A DNA stretch of 64,000 nucleotides. Origin: an uncultured Clostridia bacterium. Lineage in GTDB: Bacteria; Bacillota; Clostridia; TANB77; CAG-508. The DNA is taken from positions 2,595 to 66,594 of the forward strand of contig CALXBX010000004.1 in assembly GCA_944386655.1 (NCBI GenBank). The letters run 5' to 3'. Numbering within the stretch: the first letter of the stretch is position 1; the number at the start of each line of letters is the position of its first letter. Below the pieces are notes generated by a model that saw nothing but the letters and a program-made list of their open reading frames with translations, was not told where the DNA came from and searched no databases. Below, in pieces: positions 46,601 through 54,774 of this stretch. Both the position numbers and the translations under genes were made by a program.

Positions 46601-49600
46601 TGCTTCTTCATCATAGATGTAATGGTGTACTACTACCTTTGCCGGAATCTCTACTTTTACCTCATGTGTATCTGCTTTAGTTTCTTCTTTTACCTCTATT
46701 TCCTCTTTTACTGGTTCATTTGGATTTTCTGGGTTTTCTTTTTCTATTTCTTGTGTTAATACTATTTCCGCTTCTGCATTATTACTAATTGTTCCACTCA
46801 ATGTATTTTCATTTGGATAGTTATATTTTAATAATAGGGTTTTATTAATATCTATTTGCTGTATTCTTTCTGCGTTTTGATAAGTATTTATTTTTCCTAA
46901 TTCTATCTCCCATGTAATTGTTTTTTCTGTAGCATTATAACTTCCACCCTCTAATTCAGAGTTTGCTTCATCTATCTCGTATGGCAAATAGTCTACTATT
47001 TTTACTTTTCCTTTTCCTACAAAATCTTGGATGCTTGCTGTGTAGTTTATTGTATAGCTTACTTTTTCTTCTGTACTTGTTATTTTGTCTGCTCCCGTTT
47101 TTTCTATATTGCTACTTAGTTCTATCTTTGGCACTTCATAATTTGTTTCTGTTGTATTAGTTTCTTTTCCATCTACTGTTGCCACATTCTTTATTATTTT
47201 TTCTACATTATCATAATCGACTGTTACTTCAAAGCTTACTTCCTTTTCTTCTCCTCCTGCTATTTCTGCTACGTTCCATGTAATTACGTTTCCCGCATTT
47301 AAACTGATCTCTCCATTATTATTGATTTGATAAATCGTGGTTCCTTCTGGTACAGTATCTTTGATTGCTACCCTTTCTATTTTTTCTGCACCTACATTGT
47401 TTATTGTAATCGTGTATTTTATTCTATCTCCTGCCGTTACACTTTCTTCTGCTATCTCTTCATTTCCTTCCCCTCTTATGATTTCTGCTTTTTTATTGTA
47501 AATAAATACTGGTATTTCTGTTGTATTTGTCTCTTCTTCTCCACTTTCTGGATTATCTGGATTTTTATCTATTATAGCTATATTGCTTATGCTTCTTCTT
47601 GCTACCTCTCCTATTTCATCCACGGTTACTTCAAAACTTATGCTTCCTTCTCCCGGTGTTACTTCGTTTGTTCTTGCTGGCACATTGATTCTAATTCCAG
47701 CATTTAAGTTACTTGCTGTTTTGGATGTATCTGCTACATTGTTTATTTTTATACTTCCATTTACAAAACTCGTTCCTTCTGGAATACTATCTTTTACCAC
47801 TACATCTTGTCCTAATTCTCCATTATTTTGTAGTTTTATGGTGTATGTTATCTTTTCTCCCTCTACCACATAACTTAGTCCGTTTTCCGTTGTAGCTATT
47901 TTTTCACTATAGATTACTGCTCCTTTATAGCTATTCGTTATCTTTACTTTTTGCACCTCTTGTGTTTCTTGCGTATATTCTATTTTTCCTTCATAATAGT
48001 TTAAATTTCCTTCTTTTACTTCCTCTACTGTATATCGTATTTCTTCTCCTTGCTTATTGTATTTTGGTAAGTCGGTAAATGTCCATTCCCATGTATTTTC
48101 ATCATTATTTACTTTATTACTACTATTCAATACTTTTTCTGCTACTATTTCTTCTCCATTTTTTACTTGTATTTTTACTTCTTGAGGTATTCCATATATA
48201 TTGTTCGTGTGATTCCATACTTTGGTTACTTCTACCTCTTTTATAAATTCTGTTTGCGTTATTGCTATCGATGGTTCTGTTGTATCTTCTTGTTTTGGTG
48301 TTTCTAGTTCCACAGTTGTTTTTGCTTTTGCTTCAAAACTCGTTTTACTATAGTCCATATTTCTGTACACTACGGTTATTGTTTTTTCTTTATTTATTTC
48401 TTTCGTGCCTTCTGCATAAGTATCTATATTTTGTATGGTTTCTGTCCATGTTATGGTATGGCTTATGTTATTATATATTCCTCCATTTAACTCTGATTTT
48501 GCCTCGTCTATTTCGTATGGTAATGTTGCCACTATGGTTATCCTTGCATCTCCTATATATGTATTTACCTCTACATGACTGTTTATGGTATATTTTACTT
48601 CTCCTTCCTCTTTAGTTAATTTTTCTGTTCCTGTTATTTGTATTTCATTTTTTATTCCTGCTTCTTTTAATTGATAATAATAGATGACCTCTATTTCTTC
48701 TAGCGTCATATTTCCACTTGTATTATTTGTTTTCCCTACACATTCATAATTTTTTGGTATATTTTGTGCTTCTGTTGTGTTATATACATCATCTACTTGC
48801 CCGTTTATTACTACATCTGCACTTATTTTATTGGTTGTTCCTTCTATATAATGATGTACAACTACTCTTGCTTCTTTTCTTACATACCATACTTTTATGA
48901 CATTTTCTTCTTCATTTGCTCCTATAGTTAATGGCAAGTTTTCTACTTTTTCTAATTCATATTTCTCGGTTATTTTAGGTTCGTATTCTGTTATTTCTGC
49001 TTCATATGTCCCTGTATATACTTCTGTTTTGCTTTCATCTTTTATTCCATCGTAGTAATATTCTACTCTATACTCTATATCTGTTCTTCTGCTGTAGTAG
49101 AATATAATTTCATTAACTCCTACTCCTATTTCTATGCTTTGGGTAGTTGGTGTTATTGCATTATATCCTGCTATATTCACTGCGCTTTCTTCTATTACTT
49201 CTTTATAGGTTCTATTATTTACTGTCTTTTCTTCTTGTAATTTTTTATTCGTTCCCTGTTCTAAATATTTTACTGTATAGCTTAAATCTGTTCTCTTGGC
49301 ATAGTAAAAGTTGATTTCATTTCCACTTTCTTTTATCTCTATCGTTTGCGTAGTTGGTGCTACTGCATTGTATCCTTCTATCGCTATTGCCGTTTCTTCT
49401 ATCTCTTCTCCTATGGCTTTATCTCCTATTACTTTGCTGTTGGCTAATTTCGTATTTGTTCCCTCTTCATAATAGTTTACCGTATAAGTATAGGTTGCAA
49501 GTTTTACTTTTACTGTCTTTCCTATATTTCCTACTGCATCTACTGGAGCCACATACACATATTTTACTTTACTCATATTGCTTGTATCTATTTGGTTTTC

Positions 49601-51385
49601 TTCTGTATAGGTTCCACTATCCTCCGTTATTTGCGTTCCATTATCTTCTAAGCTTGTAACATATCTATATCCTACTACTCCTGAACCCTCTCCTAATGTA
49701 GCATGTCTGTCATTTGCCTCTAATAGGATTGTTTTATTTTGTAGTTCTGCCTTCGTTATAGTTGGAGCTGTTCCATCTAATTTACCTATATCTACTTTTA
49801 CGACTTGTTCGTTTCCTAACGCATCTTTTAAATAGATAGCTGCCGTTACTTTGTCGTATACATCTCCATAAAAATTGTATGTTCTTGTATAGTTATCTCC
49901 TTTCCCATTTGCCTCTTGATAATCATTTATGTTATTAAAGGCTATTTGCACTCCTCCTACTCCTAAGTCTTGTGCATGAAAGGTTATTTGCTTATTTTTA
50001 CTCCACTGACTTGTGTGGTCTTCTTCTGTATTCGTTAAGCTTGGTGCTTTGGCATCTATGTATTGAACAGTTACTGCCCCGTCTTCTAAAACTGTTGTAT
50101 TATCACATAAGTCTTTAACTTGTACATATACATTTCTTGGTTCTCTTATTTCTGCTACTATATCAAAAGTTCTAGTATATCTAGTTCCATTTTGTGAAGC
50201 AGCTCCCCAATCAGAAAGTACTGTACCGTCTGCATCTACTAATCTCATATATATGGTATTATTGGCTGGATTCCACGTATCTTCATAAACTGCTGTCACT
50301 GTTGCTTTTTGGCTATAGTTATCTATGGTTCCATTTCCTTCTGATATTACCGACACTTTTGTTGGAACATAATTGTCTGATTTTACATACACTCTACCTA
50401 AGTGTAAAGTATATGAATTTACCCCATTATAGGCATAACCATTACAATGAATATCTACTTCATATCTTCCTGGCGCTGTTATGTTTTCATCATATGTCAC
50501 TGTAGCTGAAAATTTATATGTATTAGAAGAAATCTGTTCATATTCTACTTCAGAATATGTAGCTCCATTAATTGGATCACAAGAGCCTGCTTCTATTTGT
50601 GAAAAATTTATAGTTACTCCATCTTGTAAAGTAGTTACAAAAGTATATTTAACACTATTTTCTGCTACAACTTGTGTTTCTATGGTGTATGTTGCCATCA
50701 CTTTTCCACAATTCAAGCATTCAGACGCTACATTCTCTTCTATACTATAATCCGAAGCAGCTGATGCGTGAACACTTCCATCTTTATAGGCTCCACAAAC
50801 TACACATGTTCCACTAATACCCGTTCCACAACCTAATTCATTTCCGTTAACATCATAACACTTACTTCTTGTAATTTCCTGACCACAAACCGTACAAAAT
50901 ATACCATGATAACTCCTATCTCCAAACACTCTCCATTCAGACAGAGTATGTTCCACTTTAGGTAATGTTATACTATATCCACAACCTGCAGTACAGCTTT
51001 CATGTTGATAACCTAAATTTTGTGCACATCCCGCTGTTCCAGTTATTTCCTTATTATGTGCTTCTCTATTTTGTATATCTCCACAAATCCAACATTCTTC
51101 CCAATGGTAATTGTCATCGTATTTTTTCTCATAGATATGTGTGTGTGCAGTATCATCTCCTGTTACTAATCCTGTTAAATCTATACTTGTTATCCCTACT
51201 TCTCTTGTTGTAGTATTGGAGTTTTCTTCTAGTGTATATTTCATCTGTTCTTGTGCTTCTACAATTATGTTTTGCACAGATTTACTTTGGGTAATCACAA
51301 TGAAAATAAGCACTGCTAGCATTAGTAGCATTGCTATTATGGCTTTTCTTTTTAATCCATTCCTTTTCCCTTGCTCTGCCTTCAT
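43670..51385 (-). CDS. Giant (~2570 aa) cell-surface adhesin-like protein: Cys/His-rich N-terminal modules, at least 9 MucBP-like repeats, CnaB-type and DUF11-type domains, C-terminal sorting-signal-like tail
   Basis: Signal anchor MKAEQGKRNGLKRKAIIAMLLMLAVLIFIV. MucBP-like units (e.g. KVIVKYIDKETGKEI...IEVIYYYER). CnaB-like units (VTKVWNHTNN...YTVEEV; VEKVWDDNEDTKGNRPESVTVQL...YSVVE). DUF11-like units (YTIKLQNNGELGQDVVVKDSIPEGTSFV). The tail is IKTGETT followed by a hydrophobic stretch and KWHK. Start at ATG 51385, with the GGAGGAGG RBS inside the track's TTG-extended start. Confidence 0.85.
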   Translation of the reverse strand: MKAEQGKRNGLKRKAIIAMLLMLAVLIFIVITQSKSVQNIIVEAQEQMKYTLEENSNTTTREVGITSIDLTGLVTGDDTAHTHIYEKKYDDNYHWEECWICGDIQNREAHNKEITGTAGCAQNLGYQHESCTAGCGYSITLPKVEHTLSEWRVFGDRSYHGIFCTVCGQEITRSKCYDVNGNELGCGTGISGTCVVCGAYKDGSVHASAASDYSIEENVASECLNCGKVMATYTIETQVVAENSVKYTFVTTLQDGVTINFSQIEAGSCDPINGATYSEVEYEQISSNTYKFSATVTYDENITAPGRYEVDIHCNGYAYNGVNSYTLHLGRVYVKSDNYVPTKVSVISEGNGTIDNYSQKATVTAVYEDTWNPANNTIYMRLVDADGTVLSDWGAASQNGTRYTRTFDIVAEIREPRNVYVQVKDLCDNTTVLEDGAVTVQYIDAKAPSLTNTEEDHTSQWSKNKQITFHAQDLGVGGVQIAFNNINDYQEANGKGDNYTRTYNFYGDVYDKVTAAIYLKDALGNEQVVKVDIGKLDGTAPTITKAELQNKTILLEANDRHATLGEGSGVVGYRYVTSLEDNGTQITEDSGTYTEENQIDTSNMSKVKYVYVAPVDAVGNIGKTVKVKLATYTYTVNYYEEGTNTKLANSKVIGDKAIGEEIEETAIAIEGYNAVAPTTQTIEIKESGNEINFYYAKRTDLSYTVKYLEQGTNKKLQEEKTVNNRTYKEVIEESAVNIAGYNAITPTTQSIEIGVGVNEIIFYYSRRTDIEYRVEYYYDGIKDESKTEVYTGTYEAEITEYEPKITEKYELEKVENLPLTIGANEEENVIKVWYVRKEARVVVHHYIEGTTNKISADVVINGQVDDVYNTTEAQNIPKNYECVGKTNNTSGNMTLEEIEVIYYYQLKEAGIKNEIQITGTEKLTKEEGEVKYTINSHVEVNTYIGDARITIVATLPYEIDEAKSELNGGIYNNISHTITWTETIQNIDTYAEGTKEINKEKTITVVYRNMDYSKTSFEAKAKTTVELETPKQEDTTEPSIAITQTEFIKEVEVTKVWNHTNNIYGIPQEVKIQVKNGEEIVAEKVLNSSNKVNNDENTWEWTFTDLPKYNKQGEEIRYTVEEVKEGNLNYYEGKIEYTQETQEVQKVKITNSYKGAVIYSEKIATTENGLSYVVEGEKITYTIKLQNNGELGQDVVVKDSIPEGTSFVNGSIKINNVADTSKTASNLNAGIRINVPARTNEVTPGEGSISFEVTVDEIGEVARRSISNIAIIDKNPDNPESGEEETNTTEIPVFIYNKKAEIIRGEGNEEIAEESVTAGDRIKYTITINNVGAEKIERVAIKDTVPEGTTIYQINNNGEISLNAGNVITWNVAEIAGGEEKEVSFEVTVDYDNVEKIIKNVATVDGKETNTTETNYEVPKIELSSNIEKTGADKITSTEEKVSYTINYTASIQDFVGKGKVKIVDYLPYEIDEANSELEGGSYNATEKTITWEIELGKINTYQNAERIQQIDINKTLLLKYNYPNENTLSGTISNNAEAEIVLTQEIEKENPENPNEPVKEEIEVKEETKADTHEVKVEIPAKVVVHHYIYDEEAGGKTKIKVPSKAGGVIADETIEGIVGQSYDTNPSEKINENYECVNKMPEKSEGNMTKESIEVIYYYQLKEAQIGSGLEKTATTEKITEENEVVTYKIRYRVVINNYKGKASITIIDKLPAELKQVDSRINLAGGTYNSAEKTITWKDEIEINTFEKGIYDETIEKEIKVVYQNQNVIEPLLNEATGSIQVYYPEGHSTNPGGERLNNIAADSVEVEQEYKVAKQVEKVWDDNEDTKGNRPESVTVQLTANGNTNYNGQELEKVILNEENHWTYTYADLPKYTQEGKEIEYSVVETETNKGDLEYYDVPVITNTKLNDITDGITPNEKFTVTNKYKLMNTEMQSSIEKTGLDKITSSQEEVRYHITYNATITDYIGEVVVKVVDTLPYKLATNEAGELLEQINLAEGNYDEETQTITWTETIEHVNTYTNGAYKVNIEKEINLVYSDLDATQRNMANQVTGTVDLYETEQTNSVEDSYSTKTEIPGKVIVKYIDKETGKEITYLEEQEGQAPVEKTYRYEIEGLVGDAYTTEQKEIPGYTYVKKSENATGNMIEGSIEVIYYYERTTAGGVIVHYEDEEGNKLLEDEIIGGKVGDNYETEQKEIYGYEYVKVERTTQGKLTEESIEVTYIYKRIPAKVIVKYLEKDDTQEDDSNNKELYPEEILEGFVGDNYTTNRKTITNYRAAEPEPSNKEGKMKKEDTYVIYYYEKIPSGTITAKYVDIDTKEEILYKEEETGEYKTYREQMKGYVGENYQTEAKEIPYYNLVENQIPENEEGTYTQEDIEIIYYYRKQEFNMSIDKAIKQIEKDGKQEAGIDEKIDKIEIVGSKINTTRLKITYGIKVSNIGEIEGTAIVAENLPSNFQVEEGTASEWKRNAEGNLVAEVALKPGETKELTVVLSWIPGENHFGTKKNIAEIVKTSNPANYEDASKEGDTSEAEVVMTIKTGETTKNIILLVAIGLLVVGALGIFLKWHKNAT

Positions 51386-51433
51386 GTTTTCCTCCTCCAA
51401 AGACTATCTTGCCATTAAATAATTATATATATT

Positions 51434-51462
51434 ATTATATCTTGTTATAGAGCGGGCGTAAA
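51434..51462 (-). promoter_or_regulatory. Candidate promoter of the giant surface-protein gene
   Basis: Minus strand: TTTACG (-35), 17-nt spacer, TATAAT (-10), about 45 nt upstream of the start codon. Confidence 0.35.
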
Positions 51463-51722
51463 TTATCCTATTCCTTATAGAATTGCTATAGGCTAGCAGC
51501 GTATTTACGGAAATAAGCTTTTCTTCTCATTTATTAAATATTTTTTACTTTTTTGTTACAATTTCGTTTTTTATACATTATTTTCTCTATTTTTGCTGTT
51601 TTATTTGTTTATTCTTTTCCTACTATTTTATGGCTTTACACGTTTTCTCTTCTAAAATCGTTTTTGCGCAAAAAATAGAGACTCTACCACTGTCCGTAGT
51701 AAATTCTCTACTTTCTATTTTT

Positions 51723-51760
51723 TGAACTTTAAGGAACGTCCCTAAAGTTCACAAAGTTCA
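51723..51760. repeat. 29-nt quasi-palindromic element (copy b, arm variant) plus a 9-nt half-repeat
   Basis: TGAACTTTAAGGAACGTCCCTAAAGTTCA followed by CAAAGTTCA. The half-repeat supplies the TGA stop of the histidine kinase (51758-51760). Confidence 0.9.
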
Positions 51761-53767
51761 TTTTTTCTGTCTTTCAAATTCTATAATCACTTTGAATAAA
51801 TCTCCATCTAGATAAATTTCAAACCTTCCACCTTGTAGGTTGGTTAAACTCTCTGCAATGGAAAGACCCAGGCCGCTTCCTTCTGTATTTCTAGAGGCTT
51901 CTCCTCTCACAAATCTTTGCTTTAGCTCTTCTGCTGATATATTTAGCTTTTCTTTGGATATATTTTTCATTTGTATTTGTACTTTTCCTTCTACTAAGAA
52001 TACATCTATATAAACTCTGGAGGATTCTAATGCGTATTTTACAATATTACCATATAAGTTTTCTAGTACACGGTATAGGTATCTGCTATCTGCTTTAATT
52101 AGGCAGTCTTCTTTTGGCATATATGTGTTTAGCTCTAAATGTTTTTCTTCAAATTTATCTTCGAATTCGCCAGATACTTGTTTGATTAGTTCTTTTACAT
52201 CTAATATTTCCATGTTCAATTTTATATTGCCAGAAGATGCTTTAGAGGCTTCTACCAAATCCTCTGTTAGCCTTTTTAATCTTTGTGATTTATTATCTAA
52301 TACCTCTAAATATTCTTTTGCTTTTTCGCTTGGCATTTCTTCTTTTTTTAGCAAGTCTACGTAGTTAATAATAGAGGTAAGTGGTGTTTTGATATCATGA
52401 GATACATTGGTTATTAATTCTGTTTTCATTCTTTCACTTTTCAAACTTTTTTCTACAGCACTTGAAAATCCTTTTGCTATATCATTCACGTAGGTGGCAA
52501 TTTGTTTGAACTCTTTATCTAGTTTTGTGGTATCGATGGTAACTTCTTCTTTTCCTTCATAAATGTCTTTTAGTGCCTGCTCTATTGTTTTTATTTGTTT
52601 CATGTATTGAGCGATTTTATAAAAGGAAAATCCCCAAAAAACTGGTAACAATATTATCCAAAATCCATCATGGAAGAATAGGACGATAAGGAAACTAATG
52701 AAAATAATTCCTACATAAACAATGGCTACCTTGCTCATAATAGAGGTATTCGAGAAGATAAGGTTCTCCATATTTCTTTTTATCCAACGATAAATTTTGG
52801 CAATCCATAATTCTTTAAATAGTGTTTTGGCTTTTAATCTTTTTATTGTGGTAGTTGCTACAGTAGCTAAGATGGCATAACCAACAAAATAGCTGATAAT
52901 ACTAAGCGATAAAAACACTATATTCAAACTTGTGCTTGTTACTGCATTGGCCACTACCATTACTATTCCTAAAAGTAAAAATGCAATGATGCATACTAAT
53001 TCATAGGAAATTTTATCTAAGGAATTTAAATAGATTCCTTCTGCTCCTTTTTTGTGTCCTATCGCCCAAATGAAATACATAACAATTAAAATCAATAATA
53101 CACTTGTAATAGGGATGGCATACAAAGGAACTTGTTTTAGACCAATCATGGTTTCGTAAAGTGTTTTTTCTAAATAGTAACTATTTCCTACTTCTACTTG
53201 TTCTTCATCAAAATCAATATAAAAATCTAAACCTAATTGTTTAAGTTGTTCTAATTGGTCTAATCCATAATCATAACGTATATTATATTCGTCAATTTTT
53301 TCTATATCGGTTTGTATGTTTCCCGATTCGTAATACCAATAATATTTTCCTTGTTTTATATTTTCTATTTCTTGCTCATAATTGTCTGTTTTTATATTGG
53401 TAAAGATAATTTGACTTTGCCTATCTACAATAATAAAACGAAAATATTGATAAAATCCACTATAATAATCGGATGATTGATAATAAATTTTTTCTTCCCC
53501 ATCTTGTATTAAAGAATAACTAGTATCACTCACTCGAAAAGGAATTTCAGCATACATCCTTGATATACTATAATAAATACTACGTATTCTTCCATAATAA
53601 TTATTGGCAAAATTGGTGGTTTGATAATAATCATTCACGGTCATATCATAAGTATTCTCTCTTTGGAATGATAAATAAATGCCACTAAGCATCAAAATTA
53701 AAAATAAGATAGGTGTCAATACGTAGCATAATACTTTTAAACTGGCAGATTGTTTTAATTTTTCCAC
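51758..53767 (-). CDS. Sensor histidine kinase (large extracytoplasmic domain, multiple TMs, HisKA + HATPase_c)
   Basis: H-box VSHDIKTPLTSI, N-box ENLYGNIVKYA and G-box GSGLGLSIA. GTG start with AAGGAG RBS. Confidence 0.9.
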   Translation of the reverse strand: MEKLKQSASLKVLCYVLTPILFLILMLSGIYLSFQRENTYDMTVNDYYQTTNFANNYYGRIRSIYYSISRMYAEIPFRVSDTSYSLIQDGEEKIYYQSSDYYSGFYQYFRFIIVDRQSQIIFTNIKTDNYEQEIENIKQGKYYWYYESGNIQTDIEKIDEYNIRYDYGLDQLEQLKQLGLDFYIDFDEEQVEVGNSYYLEKTLYETMIGLKQVPLYAIPITSVLLILIVMYFIWAIGHKKGAEGIYLNSLDKISYELVCIIAFLLLGIVMVVANAVTSTSLNIVFLSLSIISYFVGYAILATVATTTIKRLKAKTLFKELWIAKIYRWIKRNMENLIFSNTSIMSKVAIVYVGIIFISFLIVLFFHDGFWIILLPVFWGFSFYKIAQYMKQIKTIEQALKDIYEGKEEVTIDTTKLDKEFKQIATYVNDIAKGFSSAVEKSLKSERMKTELITNVSHDIKTPLTSIINYVDLLKKEEMPSEKAKEYLEVLDNKSQRLKRLTEDLVEASKASSGNIKLNMEILDVKELIKQVSGEFEDKFEEKHLELNTYMPKEDCLIKADSRYLYRVLENLYGNIVKYALESSRVYIDVFLVEGKVQIQMKNISKEKLNISAEELKQRFVRGEASRNTEGSGLGLSIAESLTNLQGGRFEIYLDGDLFKVIIEFERQKK

Positions 53768-53781
53768 TTTTTCTCCTTTCT

Positions 53782-53850
53782 CTCTGCAATTTAGGGACGT
53801 TCTTTAAATTGCAATAAGTGCAATTTAAAGAACGTCCCTAAATTGCAGAG
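53782..53850. repeat. 69-nt perfect palindrome made of two inverted copies of the element (copies c1/c2)
   Basis: CTCTGCAATTTAGGGACGTTCTTTAAATTGCA-ATAAG-TGCAATTTAAAGAACGTCCCTAAATTGCAGAG. The 32-nt arms are exact reverse complements. It starts 10 nt after the RR stop and ends 3 nt before the HK RBS. Confidence 0.95.
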
Positions 53851-53860
53851 CATTATTTCT

Positions 53861-54568
53861 TTATTCTTCTATTTTTTCTATTTTATAGCCAATTCCCCAT
53901 ATTACCTTTAAATATTTTGGTTCTTTGGGATTAATTTCTATTTTTTCTCGAATGTGTCTTATATGTACAGCAATTAAGTTTTCTGCTCCATAAGCTTCGT
54001 CTTCCCATACATTTTCATAAATTTGTTCTATCGAATATACTTTTCCTTTGTTTTTTAGTAAGAACTTTAGAATATTATACTCTGTAGGTGTTAGTTTTAC
54101 TTCTCTTCCTTCTACAGTTACTTGTTTTGTGCTGTCGTCTAGCCTTAGCTCTCCACTTTTGTAAATATAATCTTGTTCTTCTTCCTTTTTACTTAAAGAA
54201 CCTAAAGAAGTATACCTTCTAATTTGGGAATTTACTCTTGCAATTAGTTCCAATGGATTAAAAGGTTTTGTAACATAATCGTCTGCTCCTGTATTTAAAC
54301 CTTCTATTTTATCATAATCTTCTGATTTTGCAGAAAGCATAATAATAGGAATTCCTTTTTCTTTTCTTACTTCTTTGGCTACTTGCATACCATCCATCTC
54401 TGGCATCATAATATCTAGTATCAACAAATGGATTTCTTTTTCTTTGATAATCTGCATGGCTTGCTTTCCATTATATGCTTTTTCTATTTCATACCCTTCT
54501 CTACTTAAATAAATTTCAATGGCTTTTACAATTTCTTTATCATCATCACATATTAAAATACGGTACAT
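53861..54568 (-). CDS. OmpR/PhoB-family response regulator
   Basis: Receiver domain (ILICDDD...ILDIMMPEMDG...LSAK) and a winged-helix C-terminus (LTPTEYNILKFL...IWGIGYKI). Confidence 0.9.
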   Translation of the reverse strand: MYRILICDDDKEIVKAIEIYLSREGYEIEKAYNGKQAMQIIKEKEIHLLILDIMMPEMDGMQVAKEVRKEKGIPIIMLSAKSEDYDKIEGLNTGADDYVTKPFNPLELIARVNSQIRRYTSLGSLSKKEEEQDYIYKSGELRLDDSTKQVTVEGREVKLTPTEYNILKFLLKNKGKVYSIEQIYENVWEDEAYGAENLIAVHIRHIREKIEINPKEPKYLKVIWGIGYKIEKIEE

Positions 54569-54597
54569 TTCTTCTTCCCCTTTCTTAGATATTTTCT

Positions 54598-54625
54598 AGT
54601 ATAACATAGTTTTCTTAAGAACCAA
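54598..54625 (-). promoter_or_regulatory. Candidate promoter of the RR-HK operon
   Basis: Minus strand: TTGGTT (-35), 16-nt spacer, extended -10 TGtTATACT, about 30 nt upstream of the RR start. Confidence 0.4.
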
Positions 54626-54648
54626 GTATAAATTTTATTAACATTTTA

Positions 54649-54677
54649 TGAACAATAGGGACGTTCCTTAAAGTCCA
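54649..54677. repeat. 29-nt element (copy d), inverted partner of copy e
   Basis: TGAACAATAGGGACGTTCCTTAAAGTCCA. Its reverse complement differs from copy e at 1 of 29 positions. Confidence 0.9.
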
Positions 54678-54745
54678 TAAAATAAAAATTCTTATAATTA
54701 AAATAAACGCTCCAAATGGCACACTTTTCTCAAAGGGAAAAGCCC

Positions 54746-54774
54746 TGAACTTTAAGGAACGTCCCTATTGTTCA
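54746..54774. repeat. 29-nt element (copy e)
   Basis: TGAACTTTAAGGAACGTCCCTATTGTTCA. It encodes the last six codons (NNRDVP) and the TAA stop of the AI-2E transporter ORF. Confidence 0.9.

Noticed and set aside
51401-51757. Possible c-di-GMP riboswitch upstream of the adhesin gene
   Set aside because: Adhesins in Clostridia are often c-di-GMP-riboswitch controlled, but I could not find GEMM-I/II signature segments. The likely promoter is only ~45 nt from the start codon. The region is retained only as an inverted-repeat observation.
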